From the NCBI GenBank assembly GCA_000990585.1, contig LBQD01000001.1:207276-271275 (forward strand): DNA of 64,000 bases, in the 5' to 3' direction. Positions within the stretch are counted from its first letter, which is position 1. The number at the start of each line of letters is the position of its first letter. Shown here one piece after another: positions 17,121 to 26,267 of the stretch. The position numbers were made by a program, and so were the translations under genes. The notes beneath the pieces are model-generated. The model was not told the DNA's origin. It saw nothing but the letters and a program-made list of their open reading frames with translations, and searched no databases. Source of the stretch: Candidatus Moranbacteria bacterium GW2011_GWE2_35_2- (lineage in GTDB: Bacteria; Patescibacteriota; Minisyncoccia; Moranbacterales; UBA9337).

Positions 17121-18962
17121 TCATTTTTTCAAAACCGACAGAAATGCCTCCGATGGAATAACCACTCTTCCGACATTTTTCATCTTTTTCTTTCCTTTTT
17201 TCTGTTTTTCCAAAAGTTTTCTTTTTCTCGTTACATCCCCTCCGTATAATTTCGAAATAACATCCTTGCGAAAAGGTCGAATAGTTTCCCGAGCGATTAT
17301 CTTTCCACCGATAGCCGCCTGAATGGCAATTACAAAATTTTGTCGCGGAATAGAATCTCTAAGTTTAGCAACCGCCGCCTTTCCCTGTAAGAGTACTCTT
17401 TCGCGCGGAACAATTCTTGAAAGCGCTTCCACTTTTTCCTCCGCCACCAAAATATCCATTTTTACCAAATCCGATTGACGATATCCGATTACTTCATAAT
17501 TCATCGATGCAAAACCGGAAGAAACGCTTTTAAGCTCATCATGAAAATTTACAATAATATCCGTAAGAGGGGATTCGTAACTAAGTAAAACCCTTTCTTG
17601 GTCGATATATTCCGTATTTTTATATTCCGCTCTAATCGAAGACATTAAATCCATTATTGATCCTAAATAATTTGACGGGGTAATAATATCCAATTTCGCG
17701 TACGGTTCAGAAATTCCTTCAATCATTGAAACATCCGGCATATCGGATGCCGAATAAATTATTTTTTCTTCTTCTTGATTTTTGAGTTTTATTCGATAAA
17801 CTACGCTGGGAGTTGTAATGGTTGGAGAAATTTCAAATTCCCGTTCCAAACGCGCTTGAATAATTTCCAAATGCAACATTCCCAAAAATCCACAACGAAA
17901 TCCTTTTCCCAACGCCAAATTGCTTTCCGGTTCAAAAACAAAAGCGGCGTCGTTAAGACGCAATTTTTCCAAAGCATCTCGCATCAAGGTATATTCATCC
18001 CCTTCAACCGGATAAAAACTGGCATACACCATCGGTCGCACTTCTTTATATCCGGAAAGAGGTTCTATTTTTTCTAATTTTTGAGATTTGAGATTTGAGA
18101 TTTGAGATTTTGTTATCGTATCCCCTACTCGGCAATATTCCACACTTTTAAAACCGGTAGCGATATATCCGATATCTCCCGCTTTTAAATTATCTTCGTT
18201 TTTGAAAGCCGGACGAAAACTTCCCACTTCCACCACAGAGGTTTCTTTTTCTGTTGCCATCATTAAAACCTTATCCTCTCTTTTCACTTGCCCATCTACA
18301 ATTCTCGCATATGCCAAAACACCTTTGTAAATATCGTATTTTGAATCAAAAATCAAAGCGCGCAAAGGCTTTTGAATATCTCCCATAGGAGAGGGGACTT
18401 TTTCAATCACCCTCTGAATTATTTCCGACACACCTATTCCGGTTTTTCCTGAAGCCAAAAGAATATCATTATCCGAACATCCCAGAATATGCACAACCTC
18501 CTTTTTGGTTTTTTCCACTTCGGCATTGGGCAGATCTATTTTGTTTATTACGGGAATAATTTCCAAACCTTGCTCAATCGCCAAATACAAATTGGAAAGC
18601 GTCTGTGCTTGCACTCCTTTGGTTGCATCCACCAATAAAATCGCCCCCTCCACTGCCGCCAGCGAACGCGAAACTTCATAACCGAAATCAACATGCCCTG
18701 GAGTATCAATCAAATTTAAAATATATTTTTGATCGTTTGAAAAATATTCCATTCTCACTGGTTGCAATTTGATGGTTATTCCCCGCTCTCGCTCCAAATC
18801 CATTTGATCCAAAAGTTGCTCTTTCATTTTTCGCTTTTCCACTGCTCCTGTAAACTCCAAAAAACGATCGGACAAGGTTGACTTGCCATGATCGATATGT
18901 GCAATTATGCAAAAATTTCGAATATTTTTTTGATAATCATTTTCCATATATTTCAACCCCAA
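17121..18962 (-). CDS. lepA: Elongation factor 4 (LepA)
   Basis: NIRNFCIIAHIDHGKSTLSDR G-domain. Full LepA domain order including the C-terminal LepA_C. Contains an in-frame heptamer repeat insertion. Confidence 0.9.
   Translation of the reverse strand: MGLKYMENDYQKNIRNFCIIAHIDHGKSTLSDRFLEFTGAVEKRKMKEQLLDQMDLERERGITIKLQPVRMEYFSNDQKYILNLIDTPGHVDFGYEVSRSLAAVEGAILLVDATKGVQAQTLSNLYLAIEQGLEIIPVINKIDLPNAEVEKTKKEVVHILGCSDNDILLASGKTGIGVSEIIQRVIEKVPSPMGDIQKPLRALIFDSKYDIYKGVLAYARIVDGQVKREDKVLMMATEKETSVVEVGSFRPAFKNEDNLKAGDIGYIATGFKSVEYCRVGDTITKSQISNLKSQKLEKIEPLSGYKEVRPMVYASFYPVEGDEYTLMRDALEKLRLNDAAFVFEPESNLALGKGFRCGFLGMLHLEIIQARLEREFEISPTITTPSVVYRIKLKNQEEEKIIYSASDMPDVSMIEGISEPYAKLDIITPSNYLGSIMDLMSSIRAEYKNTEYIDQERVLLSYESPLTDIIVNFHDELKSVSSGFASMNYEVIGYRQSDLVKMDILVAEEKVEALSRIVPRERVLLQGKAAVAKLRDSIPRQNFVIAIQAAIGGKIIARETIRPFRKDVISKLYGGDVTRKRKLLEKQKKGKKKMKNVGRVVIPSEAFLSVLKK
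18083..18110. repeat. (GAGATTT)x4 heptanucleotide microsatellite inside lepA
   Basis: Four exact tandem copies read directly from the sequence. They encode the extra segment KSQISNLKSQKLEK relative to canonical LepA between GDTIT and VYA. Confidence 0.8.
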
Positions 18963-19079
18963 TCATACACGTACCGCGCCAAATAATCAATATTTGCAAA
19001 ATCAAACAAGCCGCGACTGAATTTCGCGACTTATTTTAAAACAAAAAGCACGGCACTGTTTCTCAATATAATATCTGAT

Positions 19080-20084
19080 TTATTTTGTAATATACTGTGC
19101 CATTTCCACTAAACGATTGGAATATCCCCATTCATTATCATACCAGCTGACAATTTTTACCATATTATCTTGCGCCATCGTTAAACCAAGATCCACAATC
19201 GAACTGTGCGGATTCATTTTAAAATCCATTGAAACCAATTTTTCATCTGTCGCATCCAAAATTCCTTTCAATTTATTTTTCGCTGCCGTTTGAAAAGCCT
19301 CTTTAATTTCTTCCGCAGATTTTGGATTCTTTACTGTGCAAACGAAATCCGTAATAGAAACCACCGGTGTCGGAACACGCAAAGCGATTCCGTCAATTTT
19401 TCCACTCAAATGTTTAATAACTTTTCCTACTGTTTTTGCCGCTCCGGTGGAAGTTGGAATAATATTGATTGCCGCTGCCCGTGCTCGGCGTAAATCCTTG
19501 TGTGGAAGATCTAAAATCCGCTGATCATTCGTATAAGAATGAGTTGTTGTCATAAAACCTTTTTCGATTTTACAAAGTTCATCCAAAACTTTTATCATAG
19601 GCGCCAAGCAATTAGTCGTACATGAGCCATTGGAAATAATTGCTTCGTCTTGATATTCCATTTCATTTACGCCCAATAAATACACAGGGGTATCATCCTT
19701 GGGAGGAGCGGACATCAACACTTTTTTAGCTCCACTATCAATATGCGATTGTACCGCTTCTTTTGTAAGAAACACTCCTGTACATTCCAAAACCACATCC
19801 ACACCTAAATCTTTCCATGGAAGATTCTTTGGGTTCATTTCAGAAAAATATTTTATTTTCTTTCCATCAATAATAAGTTCGCTATTCTCTTTATCTACGC
19901 TCACTTTTTTTGCATACACTCCGTAAGAAGAATCATATTTGAGCAGATGCGCACCGGTTTCAATATCCGTCAAATCATTAATTGCCACTACCTCAATTCC
20001 TTTTTCCAAAGCAATCTTGAGCGAAGGTCGCCCAATTCTTCCAAACCCGTTAATAGCCATTCTAATTTTCTTTTTTCCAAACAT
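19080..20084 (-). CDS. gap: Glyceraldehyde-3-phosphate dehydrogenase
   Basis: INGFGRIGR NAD-binding motif and the active-site SCTTNCLAP. Confidence 0.9.
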   Translation of the reverse strand: MFGKKKIRMAINGFGRIGRPSLKIALEKGIEVVAINDLTDIETGAHLLKYDSSYGVYAKKVSVDKENSELIIDGKKIKYFSEMNPKNLPWKDLGVDVVLECTGVFLTKEAVQSHIDSGAKKVLMSAPPKDDTPVYLLGVNEMEYQDEAIISNGSCTTNCLAPMIKVLDELCKIEKGFMTTTHSYTNDQRILDLPHKDLRRARAAAINIIPTSTGAAKTVGKVIKHLSGKIDGIALRVPTPVVSITDFVCTVKNPKSAEEIKEAFQTAAKNKLKGILDATDEKLVSMDFKMNPHSSIVDLGLTMAQDNMVKIVSWYDNEWGYSNRLVEMAQYITK

Positions 20085-20110
20085 ATTTTTTAATATATAT
20101 TATTATTTTT

Positions 20111-20386
20111 TTATTCTCCGTCCAATGAAACAATTTTCCAATAATCTCCCTGAATTTTTTCGATATTAAATTTTGTATTTTTCAAAATAGTATTGTGTGA
20201 AATTCCTTCTAGTCCAAATTGCAAATTTTCAATTGAAATATCTTCAATATGTTCATCATGACCGTCATGCGCCATTGCCACTTGTCCGATTTTAACATCA
20301 ACCCGGGAAATTTTTTTCAAATTTCGTTCTTTAGCAATCTTCAAAACTTCATCAATTATTTCTTTAGCTAACAAAAAATCATGCAT
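20111..20386 (-). CDS. HypA-like hydrogenase nickel-incorporation protein lacking the C-terminal zinc finger
   Basis: Starts MHD (as in the HypA MHE nickel-binding start). His-rich HDGHDEH segment. 91 aa with no CxxC...CxxC. Located directly downstream of the hydrogenase genes. Confidence 0.4.
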   Translation of the reverse strand: MHDFLLAKEIIDEVLKIAKERNLKKISRVDVKIGQVAMAHDGHDEHIEDISIENLQFGLEGISHNTILKNTKFNIEKIQGDYWKIVSLDGE

Positions 20387-20452
20387 AATTTTTTTATATA
20401 AACATATAACATTATTTTTATATGTTAATGTTATGTGCCGAATTTTATGTAT

Positions 20453-21715
20453 TTAGTGTACCGCGCAACTGATACACGGGTCGTATGCCCGAATAAAAGC
20501 GCGCATTTTTTTCTCTTTATCTTTATCCGAAAGATTCAAAATTTCCGGCAAATACTTTCGAATATCATCTTCCAAATGACTTAAAAATTGGGCGGTTGGG
20601 GATATAATATTCACATTTTTAACATATCCCTTGCTATCAATATCAACATGATAATAAAGTGTTCCGCGTGGAGCCTCCACTGCTGCCGCTCCGGATCCTT
20701 CACGAACTTCATATTTTTTCGTCAGAGCGTTTTCCAAATTACTATTAATCAGAAGTCGCAACATTCTGAGTGATTCCTCTATCGAATGAACAACTTCTAC
20801 CATTTGATACAAAACATTATGAAAAGGATTATAATCTGGCAAAGAAAAACCAAGCGAATCCAAATATTGTTTAGCCTTGGGGTTTAGTTTTTTATGATGA
20901 TTATTCACTCTCGCAATCGCTCCCACCATATAGCTGGTTTTTCCGTCCGATTCCACTCTCTTTATTACCTCTTTGGGGCGTTGAAATTCATGAAAATTTT
21001 TCTCAAATTTTAAAACCGGAATATGTAATCCCTTATTGGATATTAAATCTCCGTCATAAATTGCATATTCTCCGCGTGCGTCCATGCAAACATATTCTGT
21101 CTCTCTTTCAAATCTTGGCAATTTTATCCCCTTGAAAAATTCCGCTACCTCAAAGGCTGTAGAAAGCGCTTCTTCGCCCTGTTTGATTAATTTTTGAACT
21201 TCCTCTATTTTTGGAACTTTCTTGAAACCGCCTACTTCATTGGTTAGCGGGTGCACTACGCGACCACCGATTATTTTCACAATTTCCATTCCATATTCTC
21301 GAAGTTTAATTGCTTTTTGTGTTTCCTCCGGATATTTCTCCACCAATTTCAAATCATTATCAATATCTAAAAAATCCGCTAAAGACAAGAAAAAAAGATG
21401 TAGGCAGTGAGAATGAATAATCTGTCCCAATTCCAATAATTTTCGAAGATTAACGGCTTCATTAGAAACACGCACGCCCATTGCGTTTTCAATAGATTTA
21501 ATTGAAGTAAGATTGTGCACCACAGGACATATTCCACAAATTCTTTGTGCTACTATTGGCATATCAGTATAATGCCTTCCGACCAAAATTCCTTCGATCA
21601 AACGAATGCCTTCTTTAACTTCAATTTTCGCCGACTTCACATCTCCGGAAAGAACACTCGCCATAAACCCAGCGTGACCCTCAATTTTGTTAATATGATT
21701 CAGTTTTATTTGCAT
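20453..21715 (-). CDS. [NiFe]-hydrogenase large (catalytic) subunit, group 3-like
   Basis: N-terminal RICGICPVVH and C-terminal DPCISCAVH Ni-Fe ligand motifs. 420 aa. Confidence 0.85.
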   Translation of the reverse strand: MQIKLNHINKIEGHAGFMASVLSGDVKSAKIEVKEGIRLIEGILVGRHYTDMPIVAQRICGICPVVHNLTSIKSIENAMGVRVSNEAVNLRKLLELGQIIHSHCLHLFFLSLADFLDIDNDLKLVEKYPEETQKAIKLREYGMEIVKIIGGRVVHPLTNEVGGFKKVPKIEEVQKLIKQGEEALSTAFEVAEFFKGIKLPRFERETEYVCMDARGEYAIYDGDLISNKGLHIPVLKFEKNFHEFQRPKEVIKRVESDGKTSYMVGAIARVNNHHKKLNPKAKQYLDSLGFSLPDYNPFHNVLYQMVEVVHSIEESLRMLRLLINSNLENALTKKYEVREGSGAAAVEAPRGTLYYHVDIDSKGYVKNVNIISPTAQFLSHLEDDIRKYLPEILNLSDKDKEKKMRAFIRAYDPCISCAVH

Positions 21716-21769
21716 AAATAATATCTTTTAATTTATCTTATTTATCCTATATGTATGTTTTATGCTTCT

Positions 21770-22522
21770 TTATTTGTTGTTTTTTTCTTCAATATCATCT
21801 CGCAGTCCAAATATTTCCGTCGTATTTTCGAATTCTTCATCAGTCATAAAATTTTTAAGTGTCGCGCGCATTGCTTTCACATTGGCGGTCGGACGCAATC
21901 CGCGACAACCTTGGCACATCATCTTTGAAGTCGGACAAACCGCATCACACCCTCCCTGAATCATCGGACCAAAACAAGGTTTTTTGTCCAAAAGTAAGCA
22001 TCTATTTCCTCTTTTTTTGCATTCCACACATACCGGCTGATCGGGAATCGTCGGAATTTTTCCTTCAAGAAGTTCCGGAAAATATTTCAAAAATTCTTCC
22101 CCGGTAATCGGACAGCCGGGAAAAGTAAAGTCAACTTTAACAAAATTATCCACCTCTTTAACTTCCGGATTATCAATTCCTTGAACATATTTATATACGT
22201 GCTTAATAGTATTTTTCTGCTCTTGGTAATTTTTTATTTCCGGCACGCCTCCCATTGCCGCACAATTTCCCAAAACCACTAAAAATTTACTTCTCTCTCT
22301 CAATTTTTTTAATGTTTCAATATTTTCTTCGGTTGTCGGATTACCTTCCACAATACCAATATCCAATTTCTCTCCCGCATCTTCTTCATCTTCAAGTAAG
22401 CGAAAATCCACCATCTCAACCTCATTCATCAAATCCAAAAACTTCTGCCCCAAATCCAAAAGCGCGAATTGACACCCCTCGCAAGAAGTCAAACTTACAA
22501 TAGCAATTTTTTGTTTTTGCAT
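21770..22522 (-). CDS. [NiFe]-hydrogenase small subunit with C-terminal extra Fe-S cluster cysteines
   Basis: MQKQKIAIVSLTSCEGCQ proximal-cluster motif. GNCAAMGG. C-terminal Cys clusters (CVECKKRGNRC, CFGPMIQGGCDAVCP). Start set at the internal ATG (22522) to avoid the overlap with the pilin gene created by the ORF-track start at 22576. Confidence 0.75.
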   Translation of the reverse strand: MQKQKIAIVSLTSCEGCQFALLDLGQKFLDLMNEVEMVDFRLLEDEEDAGEKLDIGIVEGNPTTEENIETLKKLRERSKFLVVLGNCAAMGGVPEIKNYQEQKNTIKHVYKYVQGIDNPEVKEVDNFVKVDFTFPGCPITGEEFLKYFPELLEGKIPTIPDQPVCVECKKRGNRCLLLDKKPCFGPMIQGGCDAVCPTSKMMCQGCRGLRPTANVKAMRATLKNFMTDEEFENTTEIFGLRDDIEEKNNK

Positions 22523-22536
22523 AATTATAAAATTAT

Positions 22537-23124
22537 TTAATCTTCCGTAATAATCCCTGAAAATGCAGCTCGACAATTAGCTCTAATTGAAACAGCATTA
22601 TATAAAGTTCCGACAGCGATATTCACTATACGACATCCGGCATGAGTACAGCAAAAAAGATTGCTATCGTCAGAAAATCCATCATTGTTTTTATCCTCAA
22701 TAATAGATACAACAAATCTACCAAGGGAATATTGCGATCCGACATATCCAGTATATCTATAGCCATGAGTTGATATATCAGGCCAATCGTATGCTAAATC
22801 TTCCGTATTATTATTAGTAGCATTTCCACAAAGAGAAGTTCCTGCAACCGGAATAGCTAAGTTCCCTCCTCCGCAATCATTACTACTAAGATGAACATCA
22901 AGATTTCCCTGGCAACGAACACCAAGATTCTGTGTCACGCATTCTACAAGAGCCGCTTGTGCGGATCGCAATGTAGCATATGCCACTTTTTGCCTTGCTT
23001 TGTCCCTAGCGCTATTCAAACTAACTAAAATAACGCTCGCTAAAATTCCAATAATTGCAATAACAATCAAAAGTTCGATTAATGTGAATGCTTTTTTGTT
23101 TTTTGTTTTTATTTTATTTTCCAT
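22537..23124 (-). CDS. Type IV pilin-like protein (prepilin N-terminal cleavage/methylation domain)
   Basis: KKAFTLIELLIVIAIIGILASV class III signal sequence. Cys pairs in the C-terminal region. Confidence 0.75.
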   Translation of the reverse strand: MENKIKTKNKKAFTLIELLIVIAIIGILASVILVSLNSARDKARQKVAYATLRSAQAALVECVTQNLGVRCQGNLDVHLSSNDCGGGNLAIPVAGTSLCGNATNNNTEDLAYDWPDISTHGYRYTGYVGSQYSLGRFVVSIIEDKNNDGFSDDSNLFCCTHAGCRIVNIAVGTLYNAVSIRANCRAAFSGIITED

Positions 23125-23206
23125 ATTAAAAAAGATGGGAATAATTTAAATAGTTTTTATATTTTCTATACTATCATATTTTTATAAAATCGAAAATGCA
23201 TCAATT

Positions 23207-23245
23207 TTTGCAAACAAAAAAGGAGCGGGGTTTCTTGTTTGCAAA
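23207..23245 (-). terminator. Putative terminator hairpin downstream of the 23284..23820 gene
   Basis: 11-bp inverted repeat tttgcaaacaa / ttgtttgcaaa with a 17-nt spacer. Followed on the minus strand by a T/A-rich tract. Confidence 0.35.
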
Positions 23246-23283
23246 AATCTGCAAAACATTAAAAACCACACTCCTTCCAAAAT

Positions 23284-23820
23284 CTATTTTTTTCGGCGGC
23301 GGCGACATGCCGCAATTCCGCCTAACCCTGCACTAAGCAACCAAAATGCGCTTGGCACAGGCGTTGGTAATGGCTTTGGAATTAGCGTCTTTGACGCTAA
23401 TTCCACGTTGTCAATGTCTCCTGTCGCCCAAAACGACAGGAAAAACATCGACTCCTCCATATCCCACCCAGGAGGTGGGACTGCCGGTTGGAACGAATTC
23501 GTTCCAACCGAAAAAACTCCTCTTTTTGTATCCGCCCAAACCTCAATCTCCCCATCCGGGGACATTGAGGTAAAAGATTTGAGGGTAAAAGCGCCTCCAT
23601 CGAGGCGCTCTATTCCTACCCAACACCCTACATGGAGGTACCCCTCCTCCATAATCACATCCTCTGGTGCATCCAGAGGTGAGAAAACCCAGTAACCATC
23701 CGTTGTCAATGGCAGCTCTTCGCTGCCATCAAAACCAATGGTAGTCGCCGCCATACTCTGGCCGAAAAAAGAAAATACAGCAACGACAGAAAAAACAACA
23801 ATAATAATCGACTTTTTCAT
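23284..23820 (-). CDS. Secreted protein with a PEP-CTERM-like C-terminal sorting signal
   Basis: N-terminal signal peptide MKKSIIIVVFSVVAVFSFFGQSMA. C-terminus PLPTPVPSAFWLLSAGLGGIAACRRRRKK: a Pro-rich motif, then a hydrophobic helix, then an Arg/Lys tail. The gene is visibly GC-richer than its neighbours. Confidence 0.55.
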   Translation of the reverse strand: MKKSIIIVVFSVVAVFSFFGQSMAATTIGFDGSEELPLTTDGYWVFSPLDAPEDVIMEEGYLHVGCWVGIERLDGGAFTLKSFTSMSPDGEIEVWADTKRGVFSVGTNSFQPAVPPPGWDMEESMFFLSFWATGDIDNVELASKTLIPKPLPTPVPSAFWLLSAGLGGIAACRRRRKK

Positions 23821-23962
23821 TTTTCTCTCCTCCGGGAGGGCGTAAACCCTCCTCTTTCTTTTCTTTTTTTAAAACAACATTTGCGCGCCCGCCGGGCACG
23901 CCCTTTCCATTTAGCGTAAGCATTGCATAAAATTTTATTTCTGTCAAGCCTACTTTTTGGAT

Positions 23963-24706
23963 TTATTTTAGATAATACTCTAATGTATAGATCCAATTTT
24001 CATCATTTTCCTCTCCTCGTTGCTTGGCTTTCTCCTTTTGTTCCCAGAGCCAGCGTAAATAACGCGCATCTTTCCGATAGACATCTTCCACCTTCTCTCC
24101 TTTATACTTGCCAAAATTGAATTTTTTCAACAAAACCGGCAAAGCGGAAATTTCAATCATCTTTTCCAAAATATCTTCTTCACTTATCAGATTTTCTTCC
24201 ATTTTTTCAAACAAATAATCAAACAATTTTTCCAAAACTCGAATATCCCCCAACGCATTGTGCGCCGGAGCGTCTTTCAGTTCCAAATCAAGATCGAAAT
24301 AATAGCGCAAGTATTGCAAATTATACCTTGGAATTTCTCCTTTTTCATCCAAATACTGAGCAATTTTAACCGTATCAATTTTTCTACCGATAATCAATCC
24401 TTCGTTTTGAAGAATGCGTGCGTCAAAATCAGCATTATGCGCCACAAAAATATTTCTCTCATCGGAAAAAATTTTCTCCAAATCTTTTTTCATCGCAGAA
24501 TTGGAAAATGACTCCTTATCCGCTACCATCTTATTGGTGATATGAGAAACTGCCATCGCCTCAATAGAAATAGGAATTGGCGGCTTGAAAAATCCCTCTG
24601 CTTCTTTCCCCTCAAATTTATATGCAACCTGACAAAGACGAGCCTCGGAATCATTACCTGTTGTCTCCGTATCTAAAAATATTAATTTGTCTTTATTCAT
24701 TATCAT
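23963..24706 (-). CDS. DEDDh 3-prime-5-prime exonuclease (DnaQ / DNA polymerase III epsilon-like)
   Basis: Exo I motif LIFLDTETTG, Exo II FVAHNADFD and Exo III HNALGD. Confidence 0.75.
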   Translation of the reverse strand: MIMNKDKLIFLDTETTGNDSEARLCQVAYKFEGKEAEGFFKPPIPISIEAMAVSHITNKMVADKESFSNSAMKKDLEKIFSDERNIFVAHNADFDARILQNEGLIIGRKIDTVKIAQYLDEKGEIPRYNLQYLRYYFDLDLELKDAPAHNALGDIRVLEKLFDYLFEKMEENLISEEDILEKMIEISALPVLLKKFNFGKYKGEKVEDVYRKDARYLRWLWEQKEKAKQRGEENDENWIYTLEYYLK

Positions 24707-24958
24707 TTATTTTTGAAGAATTACTTTTCTATTGTATCCCAAAACAACATTCAAGTAAATCACCACCTCTCCTCATATTAATTGTCTATATAATAATCTG
24801 AGGGCTTTTTAAATTAGAATAAATATTGGTATACTTTAAGAAACTAATCTTTGTTATTTCCGCACATTCTCTTATTGCTTCCATTTCTTCTCTTTTGTCA
24901 TTCCTGCACTTGTCCGCCTTTGGAAGAAAGTTAAGAATCCGGAAGTACAAAACAATAT

Positions 24959-26203
24959 ATGCGAACATTCAATTTTCCAAATATAAAACACAAAAAAACA
25001 ATCCTCGCTCTCGGAGCCGAATCCGCCGGCAATTTTTCAGTTTTCCAAAACGAAATTATCTATTTTTCCCAAAATTTCAACGATCTTCTCGATGAAGAAA
25101 ATTTCAAAAATTACAAAAAAGAATTGCGTGATTTTCTGCAAAATAACAATATAAAGCCAAATATAATTCTCACTGACCTACATCCGGATTTCAAAACCAC
25201 GCAATTAGGAATCGAACTTTCTAAAAAATACAAAGCTAAACACATCCAAATTCAACACCATCTCGCCCATATATACTCACAAATTTCCAATTTCCAATTT
25301 CCAATTTCCAAACAATTTTCAAATTCCAATGTTCAAATTCCAAATTTATTTTATGGAATCGCGCTGGATGGCACCGGATATGGCACTGATGGAAAAATTT
25401 GGGGCGGAGAGGTGTTTTACCTGCAACCTTACAACCTACAACCCATTAGAATCGGACATATTGAGAATCAAATTATGATTGGCAGGGAGTTGGCAATTCG
25501 CGAACCAGCGAGAATGCTAATATCCGTTCTGGATAAATTTTCAAACAAAAAAGAAATTTATAATTTTATCAAAAAACATTATTCCCGCAATGAATTTGAA
25601 CTTTTGCACAATCAACTCCGGCAAAATTTCAACTGCATAGAAACTTCCAGTTGCGGAAGAGTTTTTGATGCAGTTTCTGTTCTTTTGGGATTTTGCGGAA
25701 ATGAAAGAAGTTTCAAACACAAAGCTTCACACTTATTGAAAAAAAATTCCACTACTCCTTACAAAGATCTGAAGCCGAAAATAATTGTCAAAAAACAAGC
25801 CGTAAGAAGCAAAAAACAAAAAATATTCAATAATCAATATATAATAGTCAATGAATATACGAAATATATTCTAAATACAACCCATCTTTTTAAATATTTA
25901 ATTAAAAACTTACATAAAAACAAAAAACGGCTCGCTGCTACCGCGCAATTATACATCGCCCAAGGACTAAAAAAGATAATCGAAAAACACATAGAACACA
26001 ACATAAAACATAAAACAAAGGATGTTGTTTTATCGGGAGGTTTGAGCAAAAATAAAATAATTTTAAACTATTTTAAAAACAAAAAATCCGAGAAATTTTC
26101 GGACAATAAACTGCAAAATGCAATTCCTCGTGACGATGCAGGAATTAGTTTTGGACAAATAATTTATTACTTGAAAAATTCAAATCCTAAAACTTCCAAG
26201 TAA
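24959..26203 (+). CDS. HypF-like carbamoyltransferase, Kae1-like C-terminal domain only
   Basis: LALGAESAGNFSVFQN, TDLHPDFKTTQ and IQHHLAHIYS match the HypF Kae1-domain motifs (ALGAE, DLHPDY.ST, VQHHHAH). Acylphosphatase, Zn-finger and YrdC domains are absent. Contains a heptamer repeat insertion. Confidence 0.6.
   Translation: MRTFNFPNIKHKKTILALGAESAGNFSVFQNEIIYFSQNFNDLLDEENFKNYKKELRDFLQNNNIKPNIILTDLHPDFKTTQLGIELSKKYKAKHIQIQHHLAHIYSQISNFQFPISKQFSNSNVQIPNLFYGIALDGTGYGTDGKIWGGEVFYLQPYNLQPIRIGHIENQIMIGRELAIREPARMLISVLDKFSNKKEIYNFIKKHYSRNEFELLHNQLRQNFNCIETSSCGRVFDAVSVLLGFCGNERSFKHKASHLLKKNSTTPYKDLKPKIIVKKQAVRSKKQKIFNNQYIIVNEYTKYILNTTHLFKYLIKNLHKNKKRLAATAQLYIAQGLKKIIEKHIEHNIKHKTKDVVLSGGLSKNKIILNYFKNKKSEKFSDNKLQNAIPRDDAGISFGQIIYYLKNSNPKTSK
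25284..25311. repeat. (TTTCCAA)x4 heptanucleotide microsatellite inside the hypF-like gene, followed by degenerate copies to about 25345
   Basis: Four exact tandem copies. Reverse complement of the prmC repeat unit TTGGAAA. Encodes SNFQFPISKQ. Confidence 0.8.
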
Positions 26204-26267
26204 ATTCTTATTTATCGCCAATTTTTTACTCTGTAAAATTTTTTAAACACTTCTCAAATTCAACACA

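Noticed and set aside
18083-18110. Heptamer tandem repeats considered as CRISPR or minisatellite arrays
   Set aside because: The units are 7 bp with no spacers and lie inside conserved coding sequences, so they are not CRISPR. No repeat-spacer array or cas gene was seen anywhere in the window.
22523-22576. N-terminal extension of the hydrogenase small subunit overlapping the pilin gene by 40 bp
   Set aside because: An internal ATG (22522) immediately precedes the conserved MQKQKIAIVSLTSCEGC start and removes the overlap. The extension has no homology.
23729-23947. 72-aa minus-strand ORF in the GC-rich leader upstream of the PEP-CTERM-like gene
   Set aside because: It overlaps the start of the downstream gene in another frame. 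It is Cys/Phe-rich nonsense (CCFFCRCCIFFF) and is more likely non-coding structured leader.
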